A stretch of DNA of 26,193 nt from the NCBI GenBank assembly GCA_035545855.1, contig DASZXK010000167.1:1-26193 (forward strand), given 5' to 3'. The notes under the pieces are model-generated. The model saw only the letters and a program-made list of their open reading frames with translations. It ran no database searches and was not told where the DNA came from. The first letter of the stretch is position 1, and every line of letters starts with the position of its first letter. Source of the stretch: Polyangiaceae bacterium (lineage in GTDB: Bacteria > Myxococcota_A > Polyangia > Polyangiales > Polyangiaceae). The position numbers and the translations under genes are program-made. Positions 8,141-16,339 of the stretch are shown piece after piece.

Positions 8141-10465
8141 TCACGGGGAAGCGGGAGGCGTTCCCGTCTGTTCCCGCGTGAACGCGGACTTTCCCGTCAG
8201 GTACTGGAGCAGCGCGAGGGACATGAGGGGGTTCTGATCGGCGCCGCCGCCACCCCCGCCTCCGACGTACACGTCGGGGATGAGCTTCAGGTGGCTCGCG
8301 GCGATCTTCTCCACCACCTGGATCTGGCCGAAGACGTCGTTCCCCATGGCGTTCACCTGGAGCTTGTAGCTCTCGGCCGTGCTCTTGCCCTGCTCCATGA
8401 TGACACGGGCCTCGGCGAGACCCTTCTTCTCGATGGCCTCCGCGTCCGCGATCGCGTTGACGCGCGTGGCCTCGGCCGTCGCGCCGGCGGCGAGCTTCGT
8501 GGCCTTGGACGAGCCCTCCGCGCGGATCTCGTTCGCGCGCGCGTCGCCGGTCGATTTCTCGATCTCCGCGTTCGCGAGGTTCTTGGCGATTTCCACGCCT
8601 CGCTCGGACTCCACGACCTTCGGCTGCATGTTCGCCTGCGCCTTCGCGTTCTCGAGGAGCTTCCGCTCCTCCTGCGCCTGCTTCTGCGTCGCGAACGTCA
8701 TGCGCTCCTGCTCGGCGATCTGACGATCCGTCACCGTGCGCGTGAGCTCCGGCGGGAGCACGACGTCGGCGATCATCGTGTCCTTGCTCTCGATGTGGTG
8801 AATGCGGAGGACCGCCTGGATGTGCTCCTTCGCCCGGCTCTGGAGCTCCGCTCGCTTCGTGTAGAGGTCGAGCGCCTTCACGGACTGGGCGGCGTTCCGG
8901 AAGTGCGACGAGATCGCCGGTTCGAGGACCTGGGAGATCAGGTTGTCGACCGACCCCAGGTTCGCCACGACCTTCGGCGCGTCCGCCATCGCGATGTGGA
9001 TGATGACGGACACGTCCATGCTGACGTTGAAGGCGTCCGCGGTGCGGAGGGTGATCGTCTTCAGGTTCGAATCCAGCTTGTGCGCGCTGGACTCGTTGTC
9101 CGCCCAGTTCAGGAGAATCTGGGTCGTGAGAACCTTGTCTACCTTGCACACCTTGGTGTTGATGGGGTGCTTGCCGGGGCCGAGCGGTTCGGCCCAGATG
9201 CCGCGCTTGCCGTTCCGGACGATCTTCGCGTTCACGTCCGCGGACGTGGTGTCCTCCCCCTCCTCGCCGACGAAGCTCGTCACCACGGCGCACTCGCCGA
9301 TCTTCACCTCCACCATGGGGACCTGGTCGATGGACGCGAACCACGGGTTGATCGCGTAGTTGCCCGAGCGGAGCACCGGGATCTGCAGGCCCTTCTGCCC
9401 GCCCGCGGCGAGGAACGCCGCCGGGTTCTGGAAGTTGTTGTGGATCTCGAGCGAGATCTCGTCCGCGGCGATCTTGGCCGCGTCGCTGATCGGCCGGCCC
9501 TCGAGCACCGTGACGATGCCGACGGAGTCCGCCCCGATGTGCGTCCACGGGACGACCGCGCTGATCACGAAGAGAGACGTGTTGATGCGGTACGTGCCCG
9601 GCATCAAGACGTCGAGCTGGTGTCCCTTCTGCCCCCCGTTCCGGAGGAACCCGTTCCCGTCCTCGAAGTTCGAGTGGCCCTCGATCTTCCGACCGAGGAG
9701 GTTCCCTTCCGCGATGCGCGCCCCGTCCATCGCCGTCACGAGGCCGACGTGGCCGTTCGGGATGACCGTCTGCTCGCGCTTGTCGACCCGGAAGAGCGCC
9801 GTGTTGATGCGATAGCTCCCGGGCGGGAGCACCTTCACCTGCGGTCCCTTCTGCCCGCCGTTGTGGAGGAACGCGTCCGCGTCCTGATAGGCGTCGCACT
9901 CGACGGGGTCCGCGAAGATGCGTCCGACGGGGCACGGCTGTCCCGCGACGGCTTCCACGACGCCGATCTCCGTCTCGTCGATGAGGACGGCGTTCGTGAT
10001 CTCCGTCGCGAAGAGCTCCGGATTGATCTGGTACTCGCCCGGCGGCAGGATCGCGAGCTGCGGACCCTTCTCGCCGCCGTTCTTCAGGAACGCCTCGCCG
10101 TCCTGGAAGAGGTTGCACGGCACCGTCTTCGCGAAGAACTGCCCGGCGGGCATCGGCATGCCGGTGATGGCCCTGACGATTCCGATCTGGTTCGTCCCGA
10201 TGGAGATGAACTTGTGCTTGCTCACCTTGTAGATGAACGGAATGAGGAAATGCACGCCGGGTCCGAGCGTCCGCGCCTGGACGCCCACCTCGTGACGGAG
10301 CGCGACGGTCCTGCCGTCCGCCATCTGGGCGCCGAACCAGCGCCGCTCGAGCGTGATGAACTGGTCGCCGCGCGCGATCGCGATGCTCGAGAACAGGAAG
10401 ACCAGCCCGCAGAGCCCGCCGAGCACGATGGCCACGTTTTCCAGCGTGAGCATTCCCTCCAACAT
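8141..10465 (-). CDS. Flotillin/SPFH (band 7) family membrane protein with a reiterated N-terminal module
   Basis: N-terminal TM (VAIVLGGLCGLVFLFSSIAIA). SPFH beta segment TLGPGVHFLIPFIYKV. C-terminal SPFH helix plus a long Glu/Ala/Lys-rich coiled-coil flotillin region and a GGGGGGG tail. ATG at 10465 is preceded by GGAGGAATC. Between the first SPFH strands and the helical half lie 4-5 repeats of about 75 aa. Confidence 0.85.
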   Translation of the reverse strand: MLEGMLTLENVAIVLGGLCGLVFLFSSIAIARGDQFITLERRWFGAQMADGRTVALRHEVGVQARTLGPGVHFLIPFIYKVSKHKFISIGTNQIGIVRAITGMPMPAGQFFAKTVPCNLFQDGEAFLKNGGEKGPQLAILPPGEYQINPELFATEITNAVLIDETEIGVVEAVAGQPCPVGRIFADPVECDAYQDADAFLHNGGQKGPQVKVLPPGSYRINTALFRVDKREQTVIPNGHVGLVTAMDGARIAEGNLLGRKIEGHSNFEDGNGFLRNGGQKGHQLDVLMPGTYRINTSLFVISAVVPWTHIGADSVGIVTVLEGRPISDAAKIAADEISLEIHNNFQNPAAFLAAGGQKGLQIPVLRSGNYAINPWFASIDQVPMVEVKIGECAVVTSFVGEEGEDTTSADVNAKIVRNGKRGIWAEPLGPGKHPINTKVCKVDKVLTTQILLNWADNESSAHKLDSNLKTITLRTADAFNVSMDVSVIIHIAMADAPKVVANLGSVDNLISQVLEPAISSHFRNAAQSVKALDLYTKRAELQSRAKEHIQAVLRIHHIESKDTMIADVVLPPELTRTVTDRQIAEQERMTFATQKQAQEERKLLENAKAQANMQPKVVESERGVEIAKNLANAEIEKSTGDARANEIRAEGSSKATKLAAGATAEATRVNAIADAEAIEKKGLAEARVIMEQGKSTAESYKLQVNAMGNDVFGQIQVVEKIAASHLKLIPDVYVGGGGGGGADQNPLMSLALLQYLTGKSAFTREQTGTPPASP

Positions 10466-10579
10466 GATTCCTCCGAGTAAAAGGGACGGACGCGCGCCAA
10501 GGACGAGGGCACGCGAGAACCGAGGAGCGTCCGTCACCCCCGGGCGGGGTTCAAGAGGGTTTCCGTGGAACGGGACGTT

Positions 10580-11212
10580 TCAAGGGACGAGCGCCGAAAG
10601 GATCGGAGCGGGATCCTTTCCGAGCCCGTCGCTTCGCACCAGGACGCGCCCCTGGGCGTCCAGGAGGACGATCGCCGTCGAGTGGTAGAATTCGCCGTTG
10701 TCGAGCTTCCTGTAGCGGATGCCGAGCACGGCGGCGAGCTGTCGCGCGTCGTCTTCGGCGGCGCTCGCGAACGTCCATCGCGAAGGGTCGAGCGAGCGGC
10801 GCGCCATGAGCCGCGTGAGCACCTCGGGTGTGTCCCTCGCGGCGTCGAAGCTCACCATCAAGATCCTGAGGTTCTCGCGCTCGGGCTCCGGGACCAGGCG
10901 ATCGATCTTCTCCAGGTCGCTCGTGAGCATCGGGCACACGTTCGGGCAGCCCGCGTAGAACATGGAGATCAACACGGGGTGGCCACGGAACTCGTCGAGC
11001 GGCTGCCGTTTCCCGTGCTCGTCCGAGATCTGGATCTGGAGGTCGTAGACGGAGACGCCGTTCGCCGCGTCCTCCGCCGGAGGCCGTACCGGCGGCGTCG
11101 GGGCGGCGCTCGGGGACGGAGCTTCGGTCGCGGCGTCCGTCGAGGGGGCTCGTCCGCAGGCGACGAGGCCGGAGAGCAGGGCGGCGAGGGTAGCGGTACG
11201 GAACGGGTTCAC
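10580..11212 (-). CDS. SCO1/SenC-family thioredoxin-like copper chaperone, lipoprotein
   Basis: CxxxC motif FYAGCPNVCP with a downstream conserved His (YHSTAIV). Signal peptide plus lipobox LSGLVAC. The GTG start at 11212 overlaps the stop of the upstream gene (GTGA). Confidence 0.85.
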   Translation of the reverse strand: MNPFRTATLAALLSGLVACGRAPSTDAATEAPSPSAAPTPPVRPPAEDAANGVSVYDLQIQISDEHGKRQPLDEFRGHPVLISMFYAGCPNVCPMLTSDLEKIDRLVPEPERENLRILMVSFDAARDTPEVLTRLMARRSLDPSRWTFASAAEDDARQLAAVLGIRYRKLDNGEFYHSTAIVLLDAQGRVLVRSDGLGKDPAPILSALVP

Positions 11213-12000
11213 GGTTTCCTCTCGATCTCTTTCACGCACCGGAAACCGAGCCGGGACGTCGTGTAGCGGGCTTCGAGCGAACTCCGGAATGCGATGCGCA
11301 TGAACGCCGCGTAGTCGCTGGGGTTCTGGGCGTCGGCACCGGCGCCGCCGCAGAAGCGCGTCTGGTCGACGACCCCTTTCTCGCGGGAGTCCATCGTGAC
11401 CAGGCTCGCGCCGAAATCGTAGACCCACTCCCACACGAGGCCGTGGAGGTCCCGGATGCCCCAGAAGTTCGGCTTCGAACCGCCCACGTCGGCGAGCGGC
11501 CTGGCGGACGTCGGTTCGGCGTACCAGGCGAGCACGCGTTCGGTCCACGCCGGGTCATCGGCTCCCCGCGCGGACGAGTCACTCGCCGCGGCGGCGAGCT
11601 CCCACTGCCGTTCGGTGGGAAGCTCGGCCCCGCGCGCCTTGCAGTACGCCTTCGCCGAAAACCAGCTCACGTTCGTCACGGGAGCCGCCGGACGAACGGA
11701 CGCGCCGAGGCGTTCGGCGTCTTCCCAGTGCGCGAGGTAGCCGAAATCCGCGAAGAGAGGCTTCACCCGATCGCGCCGCCACTCGGGCCGCTCGTGCACG
11801 AACGCGAGGAAGGCCTGGTTCGTGACGGGCGTGACGTCCATGTAGAACGCGGGCACCTTCACCGTGCGCTCCGTCGGCGAGGCGGGGTAGAGCGGCTCGT
11901 ACACCCCGGGGCCGACGCGCGCCATGCCCCGCGGCGCCCGCTCGCCGAGCGCGGGAGCCGCGAGGAGCACGCCGAGGAGCGCGATCCGCCAGGGGATCAA
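11209..12000 (-). CDS. nirV: NirV-like protein of the formylglycine-generating-enzyme (FGE)-sulfatase family
   Basis: FGE/SUMF1-type motifs: [28 protein letters not shown], and [22 protein letters not shown]-terminal signal-like [15 protein letters not shown]. Lies immediately downstream of nirK, as in known nirK-nirV operons. The start is uncertain. A candidate TTG at 12000 overlaps the nirK stop (TTGA). Confidence 0.72.
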   Translation of the reverse strand: MIPWRIALLGVLLAAPALGERAPRGMARVGPGVYEPLYPASPTERTVKVPAFYMDVTPVTNQAFLAFVHERPEWRRDRVKPLFADFGYLAHWEDAERLGASVRPAAPVTNVSWFSAKAYCKARGAELPTERQWELAAAASDSSARGADDPAWTERVLAWYAEPTSARPLADVGGSKPNFWGIRDLHGLVWEWVYDFGASLVTMDSREKGVVDQTRFCGGAGADAQNPSDYAAFMRIAFRSSLEARYTTSRLGFRCVKEIERKP

Positions 12001-13505
12001 ATGCCTGCTCCGCTCGAGCCCGAAGCCCGGACGCGCGCGACCTCGGCGGGCGAGACCACACCGTGGTCGTTCCCCCACGAGTTCAGGACGTACGTGATGA
12101 CGTTCGCGATGTCGTCGTCGCCGAGGTGGCTCCATGGCGGCATCGTCGAGTTGAACGTCGCTCCGTTCACGCGGATCGGACCCGTGAAGCCGTTCAGGAC
12201 CGTCGAGATGATCTTCGTCTTCTCGTTCTTCACGAGGTAGTCCGAGCCTGCGAGCGGGGGGAACGTGTTCGGCATCCCGAGGCCGGTCGCCTGGTGGCAG
12301 GTGATGCACGTCGTCGCGAACACGGATTTGCCGGCCGCGATCTGCTGCTCCTTGGTGAGAGGCCCCGAGGTGGGCTGCGTCGCGGCGAGGATCTGCGCCG
12401 GAGCCGCGGACTTTTCTGCCACGTAGGCCGAGTCCGCCTCCTTGCCCGAATAGACCACCGCGTCTTCGGGCCCGGAGACCTTGAGCGTTCCGACGGCGCC
12501 CTTGTTGAACGCGCGGAAGAGGGAATGGTCGACGATCGCGTACGAGCCGGGAACCTGGAGCTTGAACTCGGCCATCGTCGTGCCCCCGGCGGGCACCATC
12601 GTCGTCTGGACGTTCTCCTGGACCTTCGAGCCGCCCTCCGGATAGATGCGGTCGAAGATCTCCCCGATCACGTGGAAGCTCGACGTGAGGTTCGGTCCAC
12701 CGACGCCGAAGTAGATCCGCACGGTGTCGCCGACGTAGGCCTTCAGCGCCTTGTCGCCGAGGAGCGAGCCCTCGGCTCCGTTGAAGACGACGTACGTGGG
12801 TCGTTCGTCGATGCCCTTCTGCATGTCGAACGCTTGAAGACCCTTCTCGTGGTACTTCCCCGTGGTGTAGACGTCGCCCTGCATGACGTAGAACTCGCGG
12901 TCCACCGGGGGGAGGCCCTCCGGCGGCTCGACGAGGATCATCCCGTACATTCCGTTCGCCACGTGCATCGGCACCGGCGCCGTCGCGCAGTGGTAGACGA
13001 ACAGGCCCGCGTTCAGCGCGCGGAACGTGAACTTCGATTCGTGTCCCGGCGCCGTGAAGCTCGACGCCGCGCCTCCGCCGGGGCCGGTCACGGCGTGGAG
13101 GTCGATGTTGTGCGGCATCTTGCTCGAGGCGTCGTTCTGGAGGTGGAACTCGACGACGTCCCCCTGGCGCACGCGGATGAAGCTTCCGGGCACCGTGCCT
13201 CCGAACGTCCAGAAGTCGTACTGGACGCCGTCCGCCACCGGCAACGTGACCTCCTTCACGGCGAGCTTCACCACGACGTGCGCGGGCTTCGTGCGGTTCG
13301 TCGCAGGCGGCACGTTCGGAGGCGAGGTGAGCTGCGCGAGGATCGGTTCACCCGTCGGAAGACTCGTGACGTCGAGCTCCGGCTTCGCGGGCGTCGTCGC
13401 CGACGGTTTCGGGCGTACGGTATGTTCGGAAGGAGTCTCGCTGCATCCGAGCGACAGCAGAGCGAGGGAGGAGAGCGCGGTTCCAAATCGTCCGACGTGT
13501 TTCAT
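11997..13505 (-). CDS. nirK: Copper-containing nitrite reductase NirK with a fused C-terminal mono-haem cytochrome c domain
   Basis: Cupredoxin motifs PHNIDLHAV and [18 protein letters not shown] supply the type 1/type 2 Cu ligands (H, C, H, M). The C-terminal domain carries the CITCH haem-binding motif. N-terminal signal peptide with Cys (LLSLGC), so it may be a lipoprotein like Neisseria AniA. ATG at 13505 (a GTG lies immediately upstream). Confidence 0.9.
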   Translation of the reverse strand: MKHVGRFGTALSSLALLSLGCSETPSEHTVRPKPSATTPAKPELDVTSLPTGEPILAQLTSPPNVPPATNRTKPAHVVVKLAVKEVTLPVADGVQYDFWTFGGTVPGSFIRVRQGDVVEFHLQNDASSKMPHNIDLHAVTGPGGGAASSFTAPGHESKFTFRALNAGLFVYHCATAPVPMHVANGMYGMILVEPPEGLPPVDREFYVMQGDVYTTGKYHEKGLQAFDMQKGIDERPTYVVFNGAEGSLLGDKALKAYVGDTVRIYFGVGGPNLTSSFHVIGEIFDRIYPEGGSKVQENVQTTMVPAGGTTMAEFKLQVPGSYAIVDHSLFRAFNKGAVGTLKVSGPEDAVVYSGKEADSAYVAEKSAAPAQILAATQPTSGPLTKEQQIAAGKSVFATTCITCHQATGLGMPNTFPPLAGSDYLVKNEKTKIISTVLNGFTGPIRVNGATFNSTMPPWSHLGDDDIANVITYVLNSWGNDHGVVSPAEVARVRASGSSGAGI

Positions 13506-13757
13506 CACGGGCGAGCAAAAGCACCCGCCGTGCCACGGGCGATTTTCCTGCGTCTCGCGATGGAGCCGATGTGCGCGGGGCGCAGATCCTTCGCGCTCGC
13601 GCAGCGGGGTCGTGCGCAGAACGTGGTCACGTGCCCTACGGGGCGCACCCGGTGCGCCTGCCCCGTCGATCCTCTTCGAACGCCGAGAGCAGATTCTGCG
13701 CGTTCGCACGAAATGAGATCCGTCGCCCGTCGAGCCGCGAGGACCGGATCCGGAGCT

Positions 13758-14147
13758 CTACTCGCCCGTGGGACGCGGTGGGTCCGGCGGAGCGCCCGCG
13801 TCGCCGCTCGCCGGCTCGGTTCCGGGCCGCTTCAGCCCGGCGCCGAACGAAAGGGGTTCGTGCTCCGGCTTCGGTGGCGATGGCTTCGCGGACGACCCCG
13901 AAGGCTTCGGCGCGGATCGCGGAATGAGCCCGGCCTTCCACGCCGAGCCGGTCGACGGAGGACCCTGCCGGAAGAGCGCCGCGTCCCCCGGACGCGTTCC
14001 ACGGCTACCCGGCGGATCGAGCTGACTCGACCCGTAGCACTGCGTGCCGTACTTCGGCCCCGACTGACAGTACGTGTCCACGCAGGCGGCGACGAGCGCG
14101 GACGAGACGCAGAGAGACAGGACGCCCGTCAGCGAAGCGGCTCTCAC
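13758..14147 (-). CDS. Small secreted Cys-rich lipoprotein with a Pro-rich C-terminus, hypothetical
   Basis: GTG at 14147 gives a signal peptide with lipobox (RAASLTGVLSLCVSSALVAAC) followed by VDTYCQSGPKYGTQCYGSS. Third-codon GC read by hand is about 85%. It shares orientation with nirK and is directly upstream of it. The full track ORF (to 14336) is rejected because it would abut the divergent gene's start. Confidence 0.45.
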   Translation of the reverse strand: MRAASLTGVLSLCVSSALVAACVDTYCQSGPKYGTQCYGSSQLDPPGSRGTRPGDAALFRQGPPSTGSAWKAGLIPRSAPKPSGSSAKPSPPKPEHEPLSFGAGLKRPGTEPASGDAGAPPDPPRPTGE

Positions 14148-14338
14148 GGACGATCGGATAGCACGCTCCGCGAGCGATCCGGGCTGGCCGGGGCGTCTCT
14201 CGCCGGGGAACTGCACCGAAGAGGGCCCCGCGACTCGCCCCCAGGGAGAAACCGGAGCCGGCGCCACACGCCGCGTGCCTGCCCGGCCCCTGGTCCGGTG
14301 ACTATCGGCTGGTCCACGCCCAGGAGAAATACCCAAAA

Positions 14339-15400
14339 ATGCTCGCTTTTCGCCCCCGTGCCGCCGTCTTCGCCGTTCTCGGCTCCGCGCTTCTGGCCGT
14401 CGCCTGCGGAGACGACGCTTCCACCGCCGCCGCTCACCGGCCCGGCGGGTCGCTCGACGGAACGGGAAGTGGCGCTTCCGTGACGCCCGGCGCTGGCGGC
14501 TCGGTGAGCCCGGGTGCGGGCGGAGCGATCTCCACCGGCGCGGGCGGCACGACGTCCGGGAGCGGGGGTGAGACGTCCGCCGGCACGGGCGGCTGGCAGG
14601 AGCTCACGTTCACGAGCGACACGTTCACGGTAGCCGCCGGGGACGAGGTGTACCGCGCGCAGAACTTCGCGAACCCCATCGGTCACGACGTCGACATCAT
14701 CGAGAGCGAGTCGACGATGGCGAAGGGCTCGCACCACATGTTCGCGTTCCACGGCGCTAGCTACAATCAGGACGGCGCCATCGGGGACTCCACGGGCATC
14801 GAGTTCGCTCCGTACATCCACACCGCGCAGACGCCGGAGCAGCTCACTCGTTACCCCGCCGGCATCGGCCGCTACCTCCCGGGGGCAGACGGCATCCGGC
14901 TCCAGGTCCACTACATCAACACGTCGGATCAGGACATCCAGGCGTCCGTCTCGCTCCGCATCCGCTACGTGAACACCGATCAGGTGACGTTCCATGCCGC
15001 GGAGATCTTCCTGAACGACGTCGGCGTCCGCGTCCCGCCGGGCACGAGCACCGCGACGACGACCGTGAGCATGCCTTACGACGTGAAGCTCCTCGGCGCG
15101 GGGAGCCACATGCACCGGCGCGCCGTCGGCTTCGACTCCACGACGAACGACGGCCGCGAGATCTACACGACGACGGACTGGAACGAGCCCGTCGCGGCCG
15201 CGTTCGACCCGACGATCGACATCGCCCAGGGCGGCAGCATCACGTGGTCCTGCACGTACGACAACCAGACTGGCCAGACGCTCACCTTCGGCGAGTCCGC
15301 GGCCACGAACGAGATGTGCATCTTCAGCGGCGTCTACTACCCCGCGCCGAACGGCGCCGGCATCACGCGGCAGTGCCTCGGCCGCGGGTCGTGCTTCTGA
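14339..15400 (+). CDS. Secreted lipoprotein with a Gly/Ser/Thr-rich linker and a putative PHM/DBH-like type II copper monooxygenase domain
   Basis: Signal peptide plus lipobox LLAVACG. Low-complexity linker (GAGGSVSPGAGGAISTGAGGTTSGSGG). Then SHHMFAFHG (HHM, residues 132-134), H191, GSHMHRR (HxH, 257/259) and NEMCIF (M326). The spacing and local context match the CuH (HH..H) and CuM (HxH..M) sites of peptidylglycine alpha-hydroxylating monooxygenase. Confidence 0.55.
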   Translation: MLAFRPRAAVFAVLGSALLAVACGDDASTAAAHRPGGSLDGTGSGASVTPGAGGSVSPGAGGAISTGAGGTTSGSGGETSAGTGGWQELTFTSDTFTVAAGDEVYRAQNFANPIGHDVDIIESESTMAKGSHHMFAFHGASYNQDGAIGDSTGIEFAPYIHTAQTPEQLTRYPAGIGRYLPGADGIRLQVHYINTSDQDIQASVSLRIRYVNTDQVTFHAAEIFLNDVGVRVPPGTSTATTTVSMPYDVKLLGAGSHMHRRAVGFDSTTNDGREIYTTTDWNEPVAAAFDPTIDIAQGGSITWSCTYDNQTGQTLTFGESAATNEMCIFSGVYYPAPNGAGITRQCLGRGSCF

Positions 15401-15421
15401 GAGATCGCCGGTAGGCGAAGG

Positions 15422-15445
15422 GCCCCGCACGTTGGCCCGCGGGGC
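15422..15445. terminator. GC-rich hairpin between convergent genes (GCCCCGC-N10-GCGGGGC), a possible bidirectional terminator
   Basis: 7-bp perfect stem read directly. Located 22 bp after the stop of the 14339 gene and 13 bp after the stop of the 15458 gene. No U-tract, which is often the case in high-GC genomes. Confidence 0.3.
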
Positions 15446-15457
15446 GGGGGCTTCGCT

Positions 15458-16006
15458 CTACGGCCCGCTTCCGCCCGCGCCCTTGGAAACCCCCTGAGCT
15501 TCCGAGATCAGCGTCTGGATCGTCTCGCACTCGGGGACCTTGCCCGTCTGGACGTTGCCGCACGCCATCTTCGGCACGTCCCGAAGGCAGTTCGCGAGCG
15601 CCTTTTTCTCGGCGTCGTCGAGCTCGGCCTTCGGGGCCTTGTCCTTGAACGTGCGCGTGTTCTTGTAGCAGGCCTCCTGCGTCGGGATCTGCATGGAGAG
15701 CATCATCTTCTGCTGCGGGGGAAGAGCGGAGAGCATCTTCTCCCGGCACGTCGCGACACGCTTGCAGAGCGCCTCGGCGTAGTCGGCCACCCACTTCGGG
15801 ACCTCGATCTTCGCGGGCTCCGCGGAGGGCGTGGGTGTCGGCGTGGGCGCGGGCGTCGGCATGGGAGCCGCCGTCGGGACGAGCGCGGAGAGCGCGCCTT
15901 CGACGGAACTCGCGGTCGGTTTCTTCTCGTCCTTCGAGTCGCATCCCACGCTTGCGGCGAGTGCGACGAGGGTCACGATCAGCTGCCGGGTCGTGTTCGA
16001 AGCCAT
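15458..16006 (-). CDS. Hypothetical lipoprotein with a Pro/Thr linker and a 6-Cys C-terminal domain
   Basis: ATG at 16006 preceded by GGGAGG. Signal peptide plus lipobox (LVALAASVGC). PTPAPTPTPTPS linker. Cys-rich lysine-rich domain. No recognisable family. Confidence 0.6.
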   Translation of the reverse strand: MASNTTRQLIVTLVALAASVGCDSKDEKKPTASSVEGALSALVPTAAPMPTPAPTPTPTPSAEPAKIEVPKWVADYAEALCKRVATCREKMLSALPPQQKMMLSMQIPTQEACYKNTRTFKDKAPKAELDDAEKKALANCLRDVPKMACGNVQTGKVPECETIQTLISEAQGVSKGAGGSGP

Positions 16007-16195
16007 GCTGCCTCCCTGCAAAATCGCCGCTGAGCGGCGTGGGCGGCTCATACTACGGACGGCCGTCCACCGGACCCACCGATCGACGGGCCAGCCCGAT
16101 CGATCCCGGTCCTTCACGGCGGGCTCGATGAGCTCGACGGGCGGGTTGGTCAGGAAGCGGAGGAACGCCTACCCGGCCCCCCGACTCTGAGCTAG

Positions 16196-16300
16196 GCTCG
16201 CTCTCGTCGCTCGGGGCGCGTTTCCCGAAAGGAAAACGCTGAGATGGACCCGTCGAACCTGATCCGGCTCGTACCGGCGTAGGGAAGGCGATCCGAGGGT
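16196..16300 (+). promoter_or_regulatory. TPP (thiamine pyrophosphate) riboswitch, THI element, in the thiC leader
   Basis: Matches the THI-box consensus: GGGGCGCG ... CGCUGAGA ... GACCCGUCGAACCUGAUCCGGCUCGUACCGGCGUAGGGAAGG. The CUGAGA, ACCUGAUC, the pyrimidine-sensing stem and GCGUAGGGA are all present. Lies 40-140 nt upstream of the thiC ATG, with the AAGGAG Shine-Dalgarno downstream of it. Confidence 0.9.
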
Positions 16301-16339
16301 CGTCTTTTCGCGCCGGGTGAGCCCCCAAGGAGCCGAAAG

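Noticed and set aside
8052-10480. Long ORFs 8052..10118 (-) and 8291..10480 (+) overlapping the flotillin gene
   Set aside because: These are alternative-frame or antisense translations. They are extremely Arg/Gly/Pro/His-rich with no motifs, typical of off-frame ORFs in 70% GC DNA. The flotillin frame has strong family motifs.
13571-13941. Small ORFs 13571..13927 (+) and 13636..13941 (-) in the nirK upstream region
   Set aside because: Arg-rich nonsense translations. The region is better explained as promoter or operator DNA plus the start of the small lipoprotein gene.
12063-14483. 806-aa ORF on the plus strand antisense to nirK
   Set aside because: Arg/Asp/Val-rich low-complexity translation with no motifs. 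The opposite strand encodes an unmistakable NirK with Cu and haem c ligands.
14339-15400. Cupredoxin or pseudoazurin electron donor for NirK
   Set aside because: There is no C-x(2-4)-H-x(2-4)-M type 1 copper loop. The His/Met pattern fits PHM-like two-site geometry instead.
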